Shown: in pieces, positions 8,625 through 17,074 of the stretch
How positions within the stretch are numbered: the stretch's first letter is position 1
How the letters are laid out: every line of letters begins with the position of its first letter
Origin: Oscillospiraceae bacterium
Lineage (GTDB): Bacteria; Bacillota; Clostridia; Oscillospirales; Oscillospiraceae
Direction of reading: 5' to 3'
Length of the DNA stretch: 64,000 nt
NCBI GenBank assembly: GCA_017458085.1
Contig: JAFTGE010000012.1
Location: 176 to 64,175, forward strand
Program-made: the position numbers and the translations under genes
Notes under the pieces: model-generated
What the model was told of the DNA's origin: nothing
The model's input: only the letters and a program-made list of their open reading frames with translations
The model's database searches: none

Positions 8625-9185
8625 ATGAAACGCTTCATTCTCCCCCTGCTTCTTGCGCTCTCCCTCCTGCTGACCGGCTGCGGCAAAAACAAGGCCGAGG
8701 AGGACTTCGCCGCCTTTTCCGAACGGCTCAATCATCTCGAGAGTCTCTCCTTCACGGCAAAGGTACGCGCCGAGTACGAAAACAAAACCGCCCGCTTTAC
8801 CCTTTCCTATCAGGAGGACGCGGACGGCGGCGTCGTCACAGTGCTCGCCCCGGAGCTGATCGCCGGCGTCAGCGCACACGTCCGTCCCGACGGCACCACG
8901 CTCCAATACGACACGGTGGTGCTGGACACAGGGTCGCTGGATTCGCTGGGCTTAAGTCCCTTATCGTCGCTGCCGGTGCTGCTGCATACCATGCGCATGG
9001 GTCACTGCGACAGTCACTGGGAGGAGGACGGAAAAACAGTTTTGCAGCTGATCCCCGATGACGATCTCAAGTGTACCGTCTGGTTTGAAAAGGGCAGCAT
9101 GCGGCCCCTGCGCGCCGAGCTCATCACCGACGGCCGCGTTACGGTGGTCGTGGAGATCAGCGACTGGGTCGAAACCAAGGCATAA
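8625..9185 (+). CDS. lipoprotein of unknown function
   Basis: 186 aa; signal peptide with lipobox LLLTGC; GGAGG SD. Confidence 0.7.
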   Translation: MKRFILPLLLALSLLLTGCGKNKAEEDFAAFSERLNHLESLSFTAKVRAEYENKTARFTLSYQEDADGGVVTVLAPELIAGVSAHVRPDGTTLQYDTVVLDTGSLDSLGLSPLSSLPVLLHTMRMGHCDSHWEEDGKTVLQLIPDDDLKCTVWFEKGSMRPLRAELITDGRVTVVVEISDWVETKA

Positions 9186-9189
9186 AAGG

Positions 9190-9214
9190 AAGCCTCCCCG
9201 TTCAGGGGAGGCTT
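9190..9214. terminator. hairpin between convergent genes
   Basis: AAGCCTCCCC (9190-9199) / GGGGAGGCTT (9205-9214), loop GTTCA; weak T-tract. Confidence 0.55.
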
Positions 9215-9219
9215 ATATC

Positions 9220-10593
9220 TTATCGTGCCAGTTTTTTCGGCGCTGCACGCCTGGACAGCACCGGCTCAACAGAGACGGCCTTCATCTCTCGCGCATAGAG
9301 CCAGAGCAGAAGCGAATCGGCAAACAGCCAGGCCACCGGATTGGCAAAGCACACGGCCGTAAAGCCCAATCTGCCCACAAGCCCAAAGGCCACCAGTGCC
9401 CGGGCGATCAGCTCGGCAAGGCCGGCGCCCATGGCCTGCCTGGAAAAGCCCATGCCCTGCAGACCGTTGCGGAAAATAAAGATGACCGAGAGCATCGGAT
9501 AGAAGGCGCTGTTGACGGTCAGATAGCGGTGCACATCCCGGAGAATCTCCACCTCGGAAGCGCTGACAAAGAGGGTGGCGATGGCGGTGCCGGCGGTGAA
9601 GTTCACCAAGAAGGCAAAGGCACTGTAGAGCATGGTCACGCCCAGGGTTGCCCAGATACCGCGGCGGATGCGGTCGATCTTCCCGGCGCCGAGGTTCTGG
9701 CCGCAGTAGGTGGCCATGGCCACGCCGGCCGTCTCCATCGGAGCGGAGACGATGTTGTGCACCTTGGACGCGGCGGAAACCGCCGCCACAGCCCCGGCGC
9801 CCAGACCGTTGACCGCGCTCTGCATCAGGATCGACCCCACCGCCGTAATGGAAAACTGCAGGCCCATGGGCACGCCAACCATGGCGATGAATCCCATGCG
9901 GCGCAGGTCCGGCTTGAGGTTTGAAGCGCTCAGACGGAGCATGGGCACCTTCCGGCGCATATAGACCAGGCAGGCCAGGCCCGAGGCAAGCTGCGACATA
10001 ACCGTGGCATAGGCCGCGCCCTCCACGCCCATGTGCAAATACTTCATGAAGGCGATATCCAGCACAATATTGACAAAGACCGCGCCGATCAGAAAGTTCA
10101 GCGGCGTGCGGCTGTCACCCAGGGCGCGGAGCACAGACGAGCTGAGGTTATAGAGCATCGTTGCGCCGACGCCGAGGAAAACGATCAGGATATAGCGGTA
10201 GGCGTCGTCGAAGATCTCCGCCGGGGTGTTCATGGCGCGCAGCAGATCATCCGTCCAGAAGTAGGTGACGAACATGATCAACGCCGTAATGCCAAAGCCG
10301 AGCCAGACCAGCTGACCCGTACGGCTGCGCACAGCGTCGGCGTCGCCCGCGCCAAAGCTCTGGGCCACGGGAATGGCAAAGCCCGAGCAGACGCCCAGCG
10401 CGAAGCCGAGGATCAAAAAGCTCAGCGCGCCGGTGGAGCCGACGGCGGCAAAGGCGTTCAGGCCCAGGATGCGGCCGACCAGAATGCTGTCGGCCAGATT
10501 ATAAAACTGCTGAAAAATGTTTCCGATCAGAAGCGGGACGCAAAAATGCAAAATCCCCTTGAGCGGAGAACCATTCGTTAAATCTCTTGTCAT
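9220..10593 (-). CDS. MATE family efflux transporter
   Basis: Track ORF 9220-10809; ATG 10593 gives MTRDLTNGSPLKGILHFCVPLLIGNIFQQFYNLADSILVGR, the usual MATE N-terminus; 12-TM-like hydrophobicity. Confidence 0.85.
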   Translation of the reverse strand: MTRDLTNGSPLKGILHFCVPLLIGNIFQQFYNLADSILVGRILGLNAFAAVGSTGALSFLILGFALGVCSGFAIPVAQSFGAGDADAVRSRTGQLVWLGFGITALIMFVTYFWTDDLLRAMNTPAEIFDDAYRYILIVFLGVGATMLYNLSSSVLRALGDSRTPLNFLIGAVFVNIVLDIAFMKYLHMGVEGAAYATVMSQLASGLACLVYMRRKVPMLRLSASNLKPDLRRMGFIAMVGVPMGLQFSITAVGSILMQSAVNGLGAGAVAAVSAASKVHNIVSAPMETAGVAMATYCGQNLGAGKIDRIRRGIWATLGVTMLYSAFAFLVNFTAGTAIATLFVSASEVEILRDVHRYLTVNSAFYPMLSVIFIFRNGLQGMGFSRQAMGAGLAELIARALVAFGLVGRLGFTAVCFANPVAWLFADSLLLWLYAREMKAVSVEPVLSRRAAPKKLAR

Positions 10594-10908
10594 ATAAAAA
10601 ACCAACTTTCCAAGCCGAGGAATTGGGACGCGCGTTCGGATTGGCGGCCCCCGGCTTTGAGCCCATATTTTAGTCCTCCGGCCAGAAAAAACAAGAGCAA
10701 AAGTCCACAAACTTTTGGACACTTTCCACACATTTAGTAATCGATTTTTGTGCGATTCCTCCAAAAAACAAGCCAGCTGATTACAATTAGTATAATTCTT
10801 CCCGGCCATTTGCCGTCAGGCTTCCTACGATCCCATGGAAATTTACCAAGGATTCCCTGCGGTCAATGCTCTGCCTGACAGGAGATGTTGCCGCACAAAT
10901 CTGACTGC

Positions 10909-10938
10909 GCAAAAAAACGACCGCATTCGCGGTCGTTT
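10909..10938 (-). terminator. intrinsic terminator downstream of galK-ridA
   Basis: AAACGACCGC (10915-10924) / GCGGTCGTTT (10929-10938), loop ATTC; 7-nt U-run on the minus strand (10911-10917). Confidence 0.75.
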
Positions 10939-10939
10939 C

Positions 10940-11119
10940 ATACTATTTTTCAATAAAAAGTAGACACTTTTTATTGAAAAGGCGCCGCTTGATGCGTCGC
11001 CCATCTGCGCGAAAGCGCAGATGACGTCTGCTCTGCATAAGTTCGGCTTAGCGAAATCAAAGCTTTCGAGCCTCACTTATCATACAGTTTCCGACGCGCT
11101 TACGCGCTATGAAAAGTAG
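10940..11119. repeat. 180-bp structured intergenic repeat, copy A
   Basis: Aligns without gaps to 57918-58097 in the same orientation with 5 substitutions (manual alignment). Internal hairpins: CAATAAAAAGT-agac-ACTTTTTATTG, CATCTGCGC-gaaa-GCGCAGATG, GGCT..GAAATC-aaa-GcTTTC..AGCC, CGCG-ctta-CGCG. Confidence 0.9.
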
Positions 11120-11214
11120 ACGTTGTCTACTTTTCATGGGAAACTAGTATCATGCGTAGACAAACCTCAAAAAGAGCGTCATTCCGAGCCAGTACGCCCG
11201 GTTTTGTTTCCCGT

Positions 11215-11592
11215 TCAGTCCTTGAGCACTGCGACGAACTCGATCTCGCACAGGACGTTGCGCGGCAGGGTCTTGACCGCCACGCAGGAGCGCGCGGGCT
11301 TGCCGGTGAAGTACTTGGCGTATACGCCGTTGAAGGCGGCAAAGTCGCCCATGTCGGCCAGGAAGCAGGTGGTCTTGATCACGTCCTCAAACGTGACGCC
11401 GTTGGCCTCCAGGATGGCCTGAATGTTGGTGCAGCAGCGCTCCGCCTGCTGCTCGATGGTGTCGCCGTCAATGGCGCCGGTCTCGGGGATAAAGGCGCAC
11501 TGACCGGAGGCAAAGAGAAAGCCGTTGGCAGAAATGGCCTGGGAGTAGGGCCCGATCGCGCCGGGCGCCTTGGGGGTATTGGTTACTTTCAT
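11215..11592 (-). CDS. ridA: RidA family reactive-intermediate deaminase (YjgF/TdcF)
   Basis: Track ORF 11215-11799; ATG 11592 gives MKVTNTPKAPGAIGPYSQAI...VKTLPRNVLCEIEFVAV, a full-length RidA. Confidence 0.9.
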   Translation of the reverse strand: MKVTNTPKAPGAIGPYSQAISANGFLFASGQCAFIPETGAIDGDTIEQQAERCCTNIQAILEANGVTFEDVIKTTCFLADMGDFAAFNGVYAKYFTGKPARSCVAVKTLPRNVLCEIEFVAVLKD

Positions 11593-11615
11593 GTTGGTGT
11601 TCCTTTCCGTTTTAT

Positions 11616-12797
11616 TCAGAGTTTTATCGCACCGTAGGGACGGATCTGCATCACGTGGCAGCTGCCCGTGCCGAAGACCGCCTCCACGCTCCGGCGGAAT
11701 TGATCCAGCAGGTCGTTGGGCACAAAGGCCTGAACCGTGCCGCCGAAGCCGCCGCCGTGAATGCGGAAGGCGCCGCGGCCGCCCAGCACATGCTCGCACA
11801 GGGCCAGGGCCACCGCCGCGGCCTGCTCGCCGGTGCTGCCGGTAACGATCACGTTTTGCAGGTACAGCCAGGAGGACAGCCCCGACTCGCGCTCAAGCCG
11901 GAGGAAGCGGTCAAAATCCCCGGCCTCCAGCGCCTCGACGCTGGCGTCGACCCGGCGGTTTTCGTTAAAGATATGGATGGCGCGCAGCACCGCGCGGTCG
12001 CCCACCTCGGCACGGATCTCATCCAGCCGCGCATAGAAGGCCTGCTCATCCACATCGCGCAGCGCATCCTCGCCGAACATACGCGCCACAGCGCCAAGCT
12101 CGCCGGGAATGGCGGCGTACTCATGGGTGAGATTGGCATGGTCGGACTTGAGGTCGATCATGCACAGGCTGTGGTCCACAGCGGCAAAATCGAAGGGCAC
12201 AGGTTTGACCACCGGCGCGGCGGGGTCTTTAAAGTCGATGCTGATGATGCCGCCCCAGGCGGAGGCCATCTGATCCATCAGGCCGCAGGGCTTGCCGAAG
12301 AAGCGGTTCTCGGCATACTGTCCCATGATGGCAAGGTCGGCGGCAGTCAGCGCGCCGCCGCAGAAAAGGCCGTTGACCACCGCGGCCATGAGCACCTCAA
12401 AGGCCGCCGAGGAAGACAGACCGCTGCCCTGGAGGACGTGGGAGGTGACACAGGCGTCAAAGCCGCCCACTGTGTAACCGCGCTCGACCGCTCCGGCGCA
12501 GATGCCCCGCACCAGCGCGGCGGTGCGTCCCTTCTCCTGCTCGACGGGAACGAGCCGGTCCAGCTTCACCGTAAACAGCTCATAGCCCTCGGACTTGACA
12601 CGCACGGTGTCCGTCCCGTTGGCGGCCGCTGCCGCCAGCATATCCATATTCACCGACGCCGCCAGCACCTTGCCGTGCTGATGGTCGGTATGATTGCCGC
12701 TGATTTCCGTTCTGCCGGGAGCCGACCAAATGCCGGGCTCGGCGTCCCCGAAAAGCGTGTGAAACTGAGAAACAAGCGCCTCGGTTCTGCTGCTCAT
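11616..12797 (-). CDS. galK: galactokinase (GHMP kinase)
   Basis: Track ORF 11616-12908; ATG 12797 after AAAGGAGAGGG; APGRTEISGNHTDHQHG signature and GGGFGG motif. Confidence 0.9.
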   Translation of the reverse strand: MSSRTEALVSQFHTLFGDAEPGIWSAPGRTEISGNHTDHQHGKVLAASVNMDMLAAAAANGTDTVRVKSEGYELFTVKLDRLVPVEQEKGRTAALVRGICAGAVERGYTVGGFDACVTSHVLQGSGLSSSAAFEVLMAAVVNGLFCGGALTAADLAIMGQYAENRFFGKPCGLMDQMASAWGGIISIDFKDPAAPVVKPVPFDFAAVDHSLCMIDLKSDHANLTHEYAAIPGELGAVARMFGEDALRDVDEQAFYARLDEIRAEVGDRAVLRAIHIFNENRRVDASVEALEAGDFDRFLRLERESGLSSWLYLQNVIVTGSTGEQAAAVALALCEHVLGGRGAFRIHGGGFGGTVQAFVPNDLLDQFRRSVEAVFGTGSCHVMQIRPYGAIKL

Positions 12798-12842
12798 GTC
12801 CCTCTCCTTTCGATGGTTCCTGTTGTTTTTCTTTGCGCTGTG

Positions 12843-12872
12843 AGCATACCCCTTTGACCCGCTGCTTGTCAA
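12843..12872 (-). promoter_or_regulatory. putative galK promoter
   Basis: Minus-strand TTGACA (12872-12867), 18-nt spacer, TATGCT (12848-12843). Confidence 0.45.
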
Positions 12873-12961
12873 CCAAAATCGTTGCGGCCGGTGTTGGAGG
12901 GGCAGCACGTTATGTTAACATAATCTTGTTACCGTAATATCATTTCCATAATAACAAAAGA

Positions 12962-13024
12962 GCTGAAGCAAAACGGACCACCGCGGATTGTGCCAGCAAC
13001 GGAGTTTGAGCGTTTTGCTTCAGC
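12962..13024 (-). terminator. terminator of the HlyD-like unit (large-loop hairpin)
   Basis: 14-bp arms GCTGAAGCAAAACG (12962-12975) / CGTTTTGCTTCAGC (13011-13024), 35-nt loop; T-rich tract follows on the minus strand. Confidence 0.6.
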
Positions 13025-13033
13025 CCTTTTATT

Positions 13034-14110
13034 CTATTTCATGCCCGGGTGCTTCTTTTCCCACCGGCGGCGGGCACGCACGCGCACCGCCTCCTCCACG
13101 CTGTCGCGGGCCTTGGGGAGCCATTCGTCCTCCATGCGCGTCTTGCCGCGTACCAGGAAGCGGATCAGCGCGTATAACGCCAGGACGGCCGGCACGGTCG
13201 CCAGCAGCATCGCCCCGGCCAAGAGCTGCGCGGCGCTGTCCTCGCTGGCGCGGGCCGCGTTCTCCCAATAGGGCAACGTCACATTGCCCTTCCGCATGGA
13301 GCGTTCAGTCCGGTTTTTCAAAAGCTTGAGCAGGCGATCGGCCTCATAGCGGTGGCTGTTGTCCACCAGCTCCGCGGTCTTGATGGGGAATTTTTCCTCT
13401 ACCGCGCTGTAGACAAAGCCCTTCACCGGTTCGGCCATCACCAGCTCATAGCAGACGATCCCCGGCTCCGTTTCCGTCAGGCGGCAATAACCCTCCCAGC
13501 TCATGTAGATGCACATGCCGCCGTCGTCCGCGCTCTTGGAGAAGCGGTCGCTCTCCCGCTCATAGACCCCGGCTACCACGAAGGGCGTGCCGTTGATGGA
13601 AAAGCTCATGCCGGTCAGCTCCGTGCCGCCGAAGAGCAGCCACGCCGTCTCCCGATCCAGCAGCACCCGGTCATCCATGACGTCGTCCGGGCTGAGATAA
13701 TTGCCGCTGAGAAGCTGCAGCGGGTGAAAGTCGAAAAAGCGCCCGCCGACGGCCACGGCCTGCACCTCGCCGCTGCGCCGTCCGGCGCTGACCTTGACCT
13801 TGCCAAAGCTGCACCAGGCATCGGTGTACAGGCCGGTGTCCTTTTGCGGATCGAGGGAGGCGCCGATGAGCTTTTGCGCCATGTCGTTTCTGAAGGCATA
13901 GAGCCGCTCCATGCTCAGGCCGTCTGCCGTGGGCATGAAGCAGGAAATCTGGGCAAAGGCGGTGTCATTCTCGCCCTGCCAGCGCCGGGCGGCCTGCTGG
14001 CTCGGCAGCGCTTTTTTCACGCCGTTTAAGGCCAGCAGGCAGACGCCGCAGCCCAGCAGAAGCAGCAGGCACAGCCCGAGCAGCCAATGTTTTCGTAACG
14101 TTCGGATCAT
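13034..14110 (-). CDS. two-TM protein with a MacB/FtsX-type periplasmic core domain ('half permease')
   Basis: 358 aa: TM1, ~280-aa extracytoplasmic domain with GGRFFDFHPLQLLSGNYLSPDD...VLLDRETAWLLFG...INGTPFVVAGVYE (MacB_PCD-like pattern), one further TM, basic tail. TM3-TM4 of FtsX permeases are missing. Confidence 0.6.
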   Translation of the reverse strand: MIRTLRKHWLLGLCLLLLLGCGVCLLALNGVKKALPSQQAARRWQGENDTAFAQISCFMPTADGLSMERLYAFRNDMAQKLIGASLDPQKDTGLYTDAWCSFGKVKVSAGRRSGEVQAVAVGGRFFDFHPLQLLSGNYLSPDDVMDDRVLLDRETAWLLFGGTELTGMSFSINGTPFVVAGVYERESDRFSKSADDGGMCIYMSWEGYCRLTETEPGIVCYELVMAEPVKGFVYSAVEEKFPIKTAELVDNSHRYEADRLLKLLKNRTERSMRKGNVTLPYWENAARASEDSAAQLLAGAMLLATVPAVLALYALIRFLVRGKTRMEDEWLPKARDSVEEAVRVRARRRWEKKHPGMK

Positions 14111-14111
14111 A

Positions 14112-16082
14112 TCAGCCGTTGTCCGCCATTCTTACCAGATCGCCGCTCTTGAGCGGCGCGGAGCTTGTGGTGATCACATAGTCGCCGCCGGACAGATCGG
14201 CAACGACTGCGGAGTTGTTGTCGTCGTTGGCCAGCACCTCGATGCTCACACGCTTGGCGGAGTAGCGGTTGCCCAGCGGGGAGCTCTTGGCGCTCACGGC
14301 CAGCACGAAGCTGCCGTTGGAGTCGCTCTTGATGGCGGAGTTGGGGACGATCAGGTCGTAGTTGGCGCTTTTCTGCCCCACCGAGATGGTCATCTCCGCG
14401 CCGGTGGTCACATCGCCCTCCAGATCAAAGGTCAGCACCTTGTTGGACTGGGGGTTCTTCGGGTCGGTGCGGATGGTGGTGAGCGTGGCGGTCACGCTGT
14501 TGCCCCAGTAGTAGTTGGAGACGGTGGCGCTGTCACCGATGCGCAGGCGCTGGGCCTGGTCATTGGTGACGGAGAAGCTGAGCGTATGGCCCATGTCGGG
14601 CACTTCGATGGAGCACAGCACCTTATCCTTCAGGACCGTGTCCCCGGCGGTGCACTCGATGGTCTCGACGGTGCCGCTGACATTGGCGGTGATGACGTTC
14701 TCCTCATCCCCCGCGAGGGACTTGATCTTCTCCTGCTGGAGCTTGATGCGCTCGGCCTGCTGCTGCAGATCAATGTAGGAGACCGCCGCGGTCTTTTCGT
14801 TGTTCTCAATGGCCGTGTAGTAAGAATTCTGGGCATATTCCAGGTTGCTCTTTGCAACCTCAACGGATTGCTGCTTGGCTTCATAGGCGGTCTTGTACGA
14901 CTTTGCCGCCGTCGGGATCATGCTGTCCCGTTTCTCGATCGCGCGGAAGTAACGGTCCTTGGTCAAATTATACTTGTTGAATGCTGTGATATACTCGGTG
15001 CTTTCAAGCAGATCATTGTGCTCCTTTACCGCCCCGTCCAGTTCTATTCTGGCTTGACTGAGCGCTGCCGAGTCCGTGGCCTGTGGCGTGATGAGCGCGC
15101 TCGTCTCGCTGTTGACCTCGGCCGCGCTTCCCAGCAGGAGGATGCCTCCCGCGCCGCGGTTCAGGCTAAAGGCCACCGTCTCTGCGCCTGTGTCCCCGGC
15201 AGGCTCCTGCACCTGGGCCGGAGTCGGCGGCGTTTCCTCGGCAGGCTCCTCGCTCGACGGCATTTCCGACGGAGCTTCGGCACCCAAGGCGTTGGTTTCA
15301 CTTTGAGAATTTAGACCGTTCTCCTCTCCATCATCAGCCGGATCAGGGGTCGGGGTCGTCTCCGGGGCAGGCGTCACGATCGGTTCGGCAGGCTGTTCAG
15401 TGTTGCTTTCCTCCGCGATCAGCGTTCTGACCTTCAGGATGGCAGCCTGCACCCTTGCGTCCGCTTCGTCGTGCTGGGCCTGATACTGCTGAAAGTCCCT
15501 TTCCGCTTCGGAGAGGGCAGCTTCCGTTTCCCGCAGCTCATTCTCCGCCGCGGCAAGCTGCGCGCTTGCTTCGCTGCTTGTGAGCGAGGCCGTGCCGAGC
15601 GCGCGCTCATAGGCTTCCTTGGCCTCTGTGCACTCATCCTGTGCTTTTTCCAGGGCACGCTGTGCGTCCTTGATGGATTTCTGATAGCTTGAATAGTCAT
15701 AATTCGGAATGCTCACGGCACTTTTCTGGTAGGCATACTGGAGATCGCGCAGGGTCTCGCGGGCCTGCTCGAGCTCGGTGGCGTCACCCTCGCCCAGGAC
15801 AAAGAGCACATCGCCGGCGTTGACCTCCTGGCCGACCTTGACCATGACGGAACGGATGGTGCGCGTCTCGGTGGCCTTGACGTTGTGGCTGCCGTTGGCT
15901 GTGACGGTGCCGCTGCCGCGAACCTTCGCCACGATGTTCCCGCTCTGCACCTGGGCGGTCGCCACCTCGGGCAGGGAGCGGTTCATGATCGTATTGGAGA
16001 AAAAGGTCAGCACCAGCAGCACGGACAAAAAGATAATGGCCGCATTCTTGACCCATTCACGGTTTTTGACTGTTGTTTCCAT
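14112..16082 (-). CDS. HlyD-family periplasmic adaptor (membrane-fusion protein) with a very long coiled coil and a Pro/Thr/Glu-rich insert
   Basis: 656 aa; N-terminal TM, lipoyl-like half motifs (V.VGQEVNAGDVLFVL ... NVSGTVETIECTAGDTVLKDKVLCSI), heptad-rich middle, beta-barrel C-terminus; GAGGTGA SD. Confidence 0.8.
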   Translation of the reverse strand: METTVKNREWVKNAAIIFLSVLLVLTFFSNTIMNRSLPEVATAQVQSGNIVAKVRGSGTVTANGSHNVKATETRTIRSVMVKVGQEVNAGDVLFVLGEGDATELEQARETLRDLQYAYQKSAVSIPNYDYSSYQKSIKDAQRALEKAQDECTEAKEAYERALGTASLTSSEASAQLAAAENELRETEAALSEAERDFQQYQAQHDEADARVQAAILKVRTLIAEESNTEQPAEPIVTPAPETTPTPDPADDGEENGLNSQSETNALGAEAPSEMPSSEEPAEETPPTPAQVQEPAGDTGAETVAFSLNRGAGGILLLGSAAEVNSETSALITPQATDSAALSQARIELDGAVKEHNDLLESTEYITAFNKYNLTKDRYFRAIEKRDSMIPTAAKSYKTAYEAKQQSVEVAKSNLEYAQNSYYTAIENNEKTAAVSYIDLQQQAERIKLQQEKIKSLAGDEENVITANVSGTVETIECTAGDTVLKDKVLCSIEVPDMGHTLSFSVTNDQAQRLRIGDSATVSNYYWGNSVTATLTTIRTDPKNPQSNKVLTFDLEGDVTTGAEMTISVGQKSANYDLIVPNSAIKSDSNGSFVLAVSAKSSPLGNRYSAKRVSIEVLANDDNNSAVVADLSGGDYVITTSSAPLKSGDLVRMADNG

Positions 16083-16096
16083 GATTCACCTCACGT

Positions 16097-16196
16097 GAGT
16101 GTGGGGGGTGAAGTGTGGAGCGCCGCCGGGACGATTCCAATCGTCCGCTTCGCGGACACAACAACTCCAAACTCCACTCTCCTAACTCCACACTGT
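16097..16196. repeat. nested GTGGAG/CTCCAC palindromic intercistronic element, copy X
   Basis: Shares TGTGGAGCGCC(g/t)CCGG, AACTCCACTCT and AACTCCACACT blocks in the same order with 25350-25426; starts 3 nt after the upstream gene's stop codon. Confidence 0.8.
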
Positions 16197-16198
16197 TC

Positions 16199-17074
16199 TT
16201 AGCCTTTCACGCTGCCTGAATTCGCAATGCCCTCGACGAGGTATTCCTCCCCGTGCAAGAACAGCAGCAGCGACGGGATCATATAGACCGTGGCCATGGC
16301 GAAGGCCAGGCCGATCTCCCCGGCGTTGACCGAGGACAAAAACACGCTCAGCGGCTGCTTGTCCATATCCTGCAAAAGGATCAGCGGCTGCTCGACCATG
16401 TTCCAGTAGTCGATGAAGACCAGAATCGCGATCGAGTACAGCGCCGAGCGGCACTGGGGCAGGCAGATCTTTGTAAAGATCTCCCACTCCCCGGCCCCGT
16501 CGACCTTGGCGGCCTCGATGAGCGAATAGGGAATGCGCCGCATGAACTTGGTCAGCAGAAACACCGAGAAGGGCGCGAAGATGCCGGGCAGAATGATGGC
16601 CCAGGGCTTGTTGAGCAGGCCCAGCCACTCGCTGACCAGATAGTTCGAGACCAGCGTCACCTGATAGGGCATGAGCATCAGGATGACATAGAAGAAAAAG
16701 ATGCCGCTGCGTATCCTGCCGCGCCAGCGGGTAAAGCTATAAGCGGCTACGGAGGCCACCGCCACCTGGAAGATGACAATGGGCACCACCAGCAGAATGC
16801 TGTTCCACAGCTTGAGCAGGTAGTCCGGGGACTTGATGAGTCCCGTGATGTACTGCGACAGCGTCACCTTGTCGGGGATGAACTTGAGGTTCACCGTCTT
16901 GGAGACGTAGCCGCCCGTGGTAGTGGAAAAAATCATGCCGTAGTTGGACTTGATTTCTGCCTCGGACATGAAGGAGTTGGTGATGGTCAGGACCGTCGGC
17001 AGCAGAAACAGCACCGCGAACACCAGGCACAGCACGAACATCGCGCCCCGACCAAACAGTCGTTTCTTTTTCAT
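16199..17074 (-). CDS. carbohydrate ABC transporter permease (MalG-like)
   Basis: 291 aa, 6 TM, EAA-loop region (IEAAKVDGAGEWEIF); ATGA overlap with the upstream permease. Confidence 0.9.
   Translation of the reverse strand: MKKKRLFGRGAMFVLCLVFAVLFLLPTVLTITNSFMSEAEIKSNYGMIFSTTTGGYVSKTVNLKFIPDKVTLSQYITGLIKSPDYLLKLWNSILLVVPIVIFQVAVASVAAYSFTRWRGRIRSGIFFFYVILMLMPYQVTLVSNYLVSEWLGLLNKPWAIILPGIFAPFSVFLLTKFMRRIPYSLIEAAKVDGAGEWEIFTKICLPQCRSALYSIAILVFIDYWNMVEQPLILLQDMDKQPLSVFLSSVNAGEIGLAFAMATVYMIPSLLLFLHGEEYLVEGIANSGSVKG

Noticed and set aside
10594-10908. The 315-nt leader upstream of the MATE gene as a possible riboswitch (for example guanidine/ykkC-type) or attenuator
   Set aside because: I could not recognise any conserved riboswitch core, and the candidate stems (CCAA/TTGG, 4 bp) are too weak to support a call. 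It needs an Rfam scan.
10843-11076. ORF-track entries 10843-11076 (-) and 57854-58054 (-) share 45 identical or near-identical N-terminal residues, which could suggest a duplicated small protein
   Set aside because: The shared part is simply the repeat translated. There is no SD. The frame runs through several strong hairpins, and the two ORFs diverge completely once they leave the repeat.
13034-14110. Calling the two-TM MacB_PCD protein a truncated FtsX pseudogene
   Set aside because: The ORF is intact and has a 1-nt junction with the adaptor gene. It ends with a basic cytoplasmic tail and is followed directly by a terminator. I could see no remnants of TM3-TM4 downstream in any frame.
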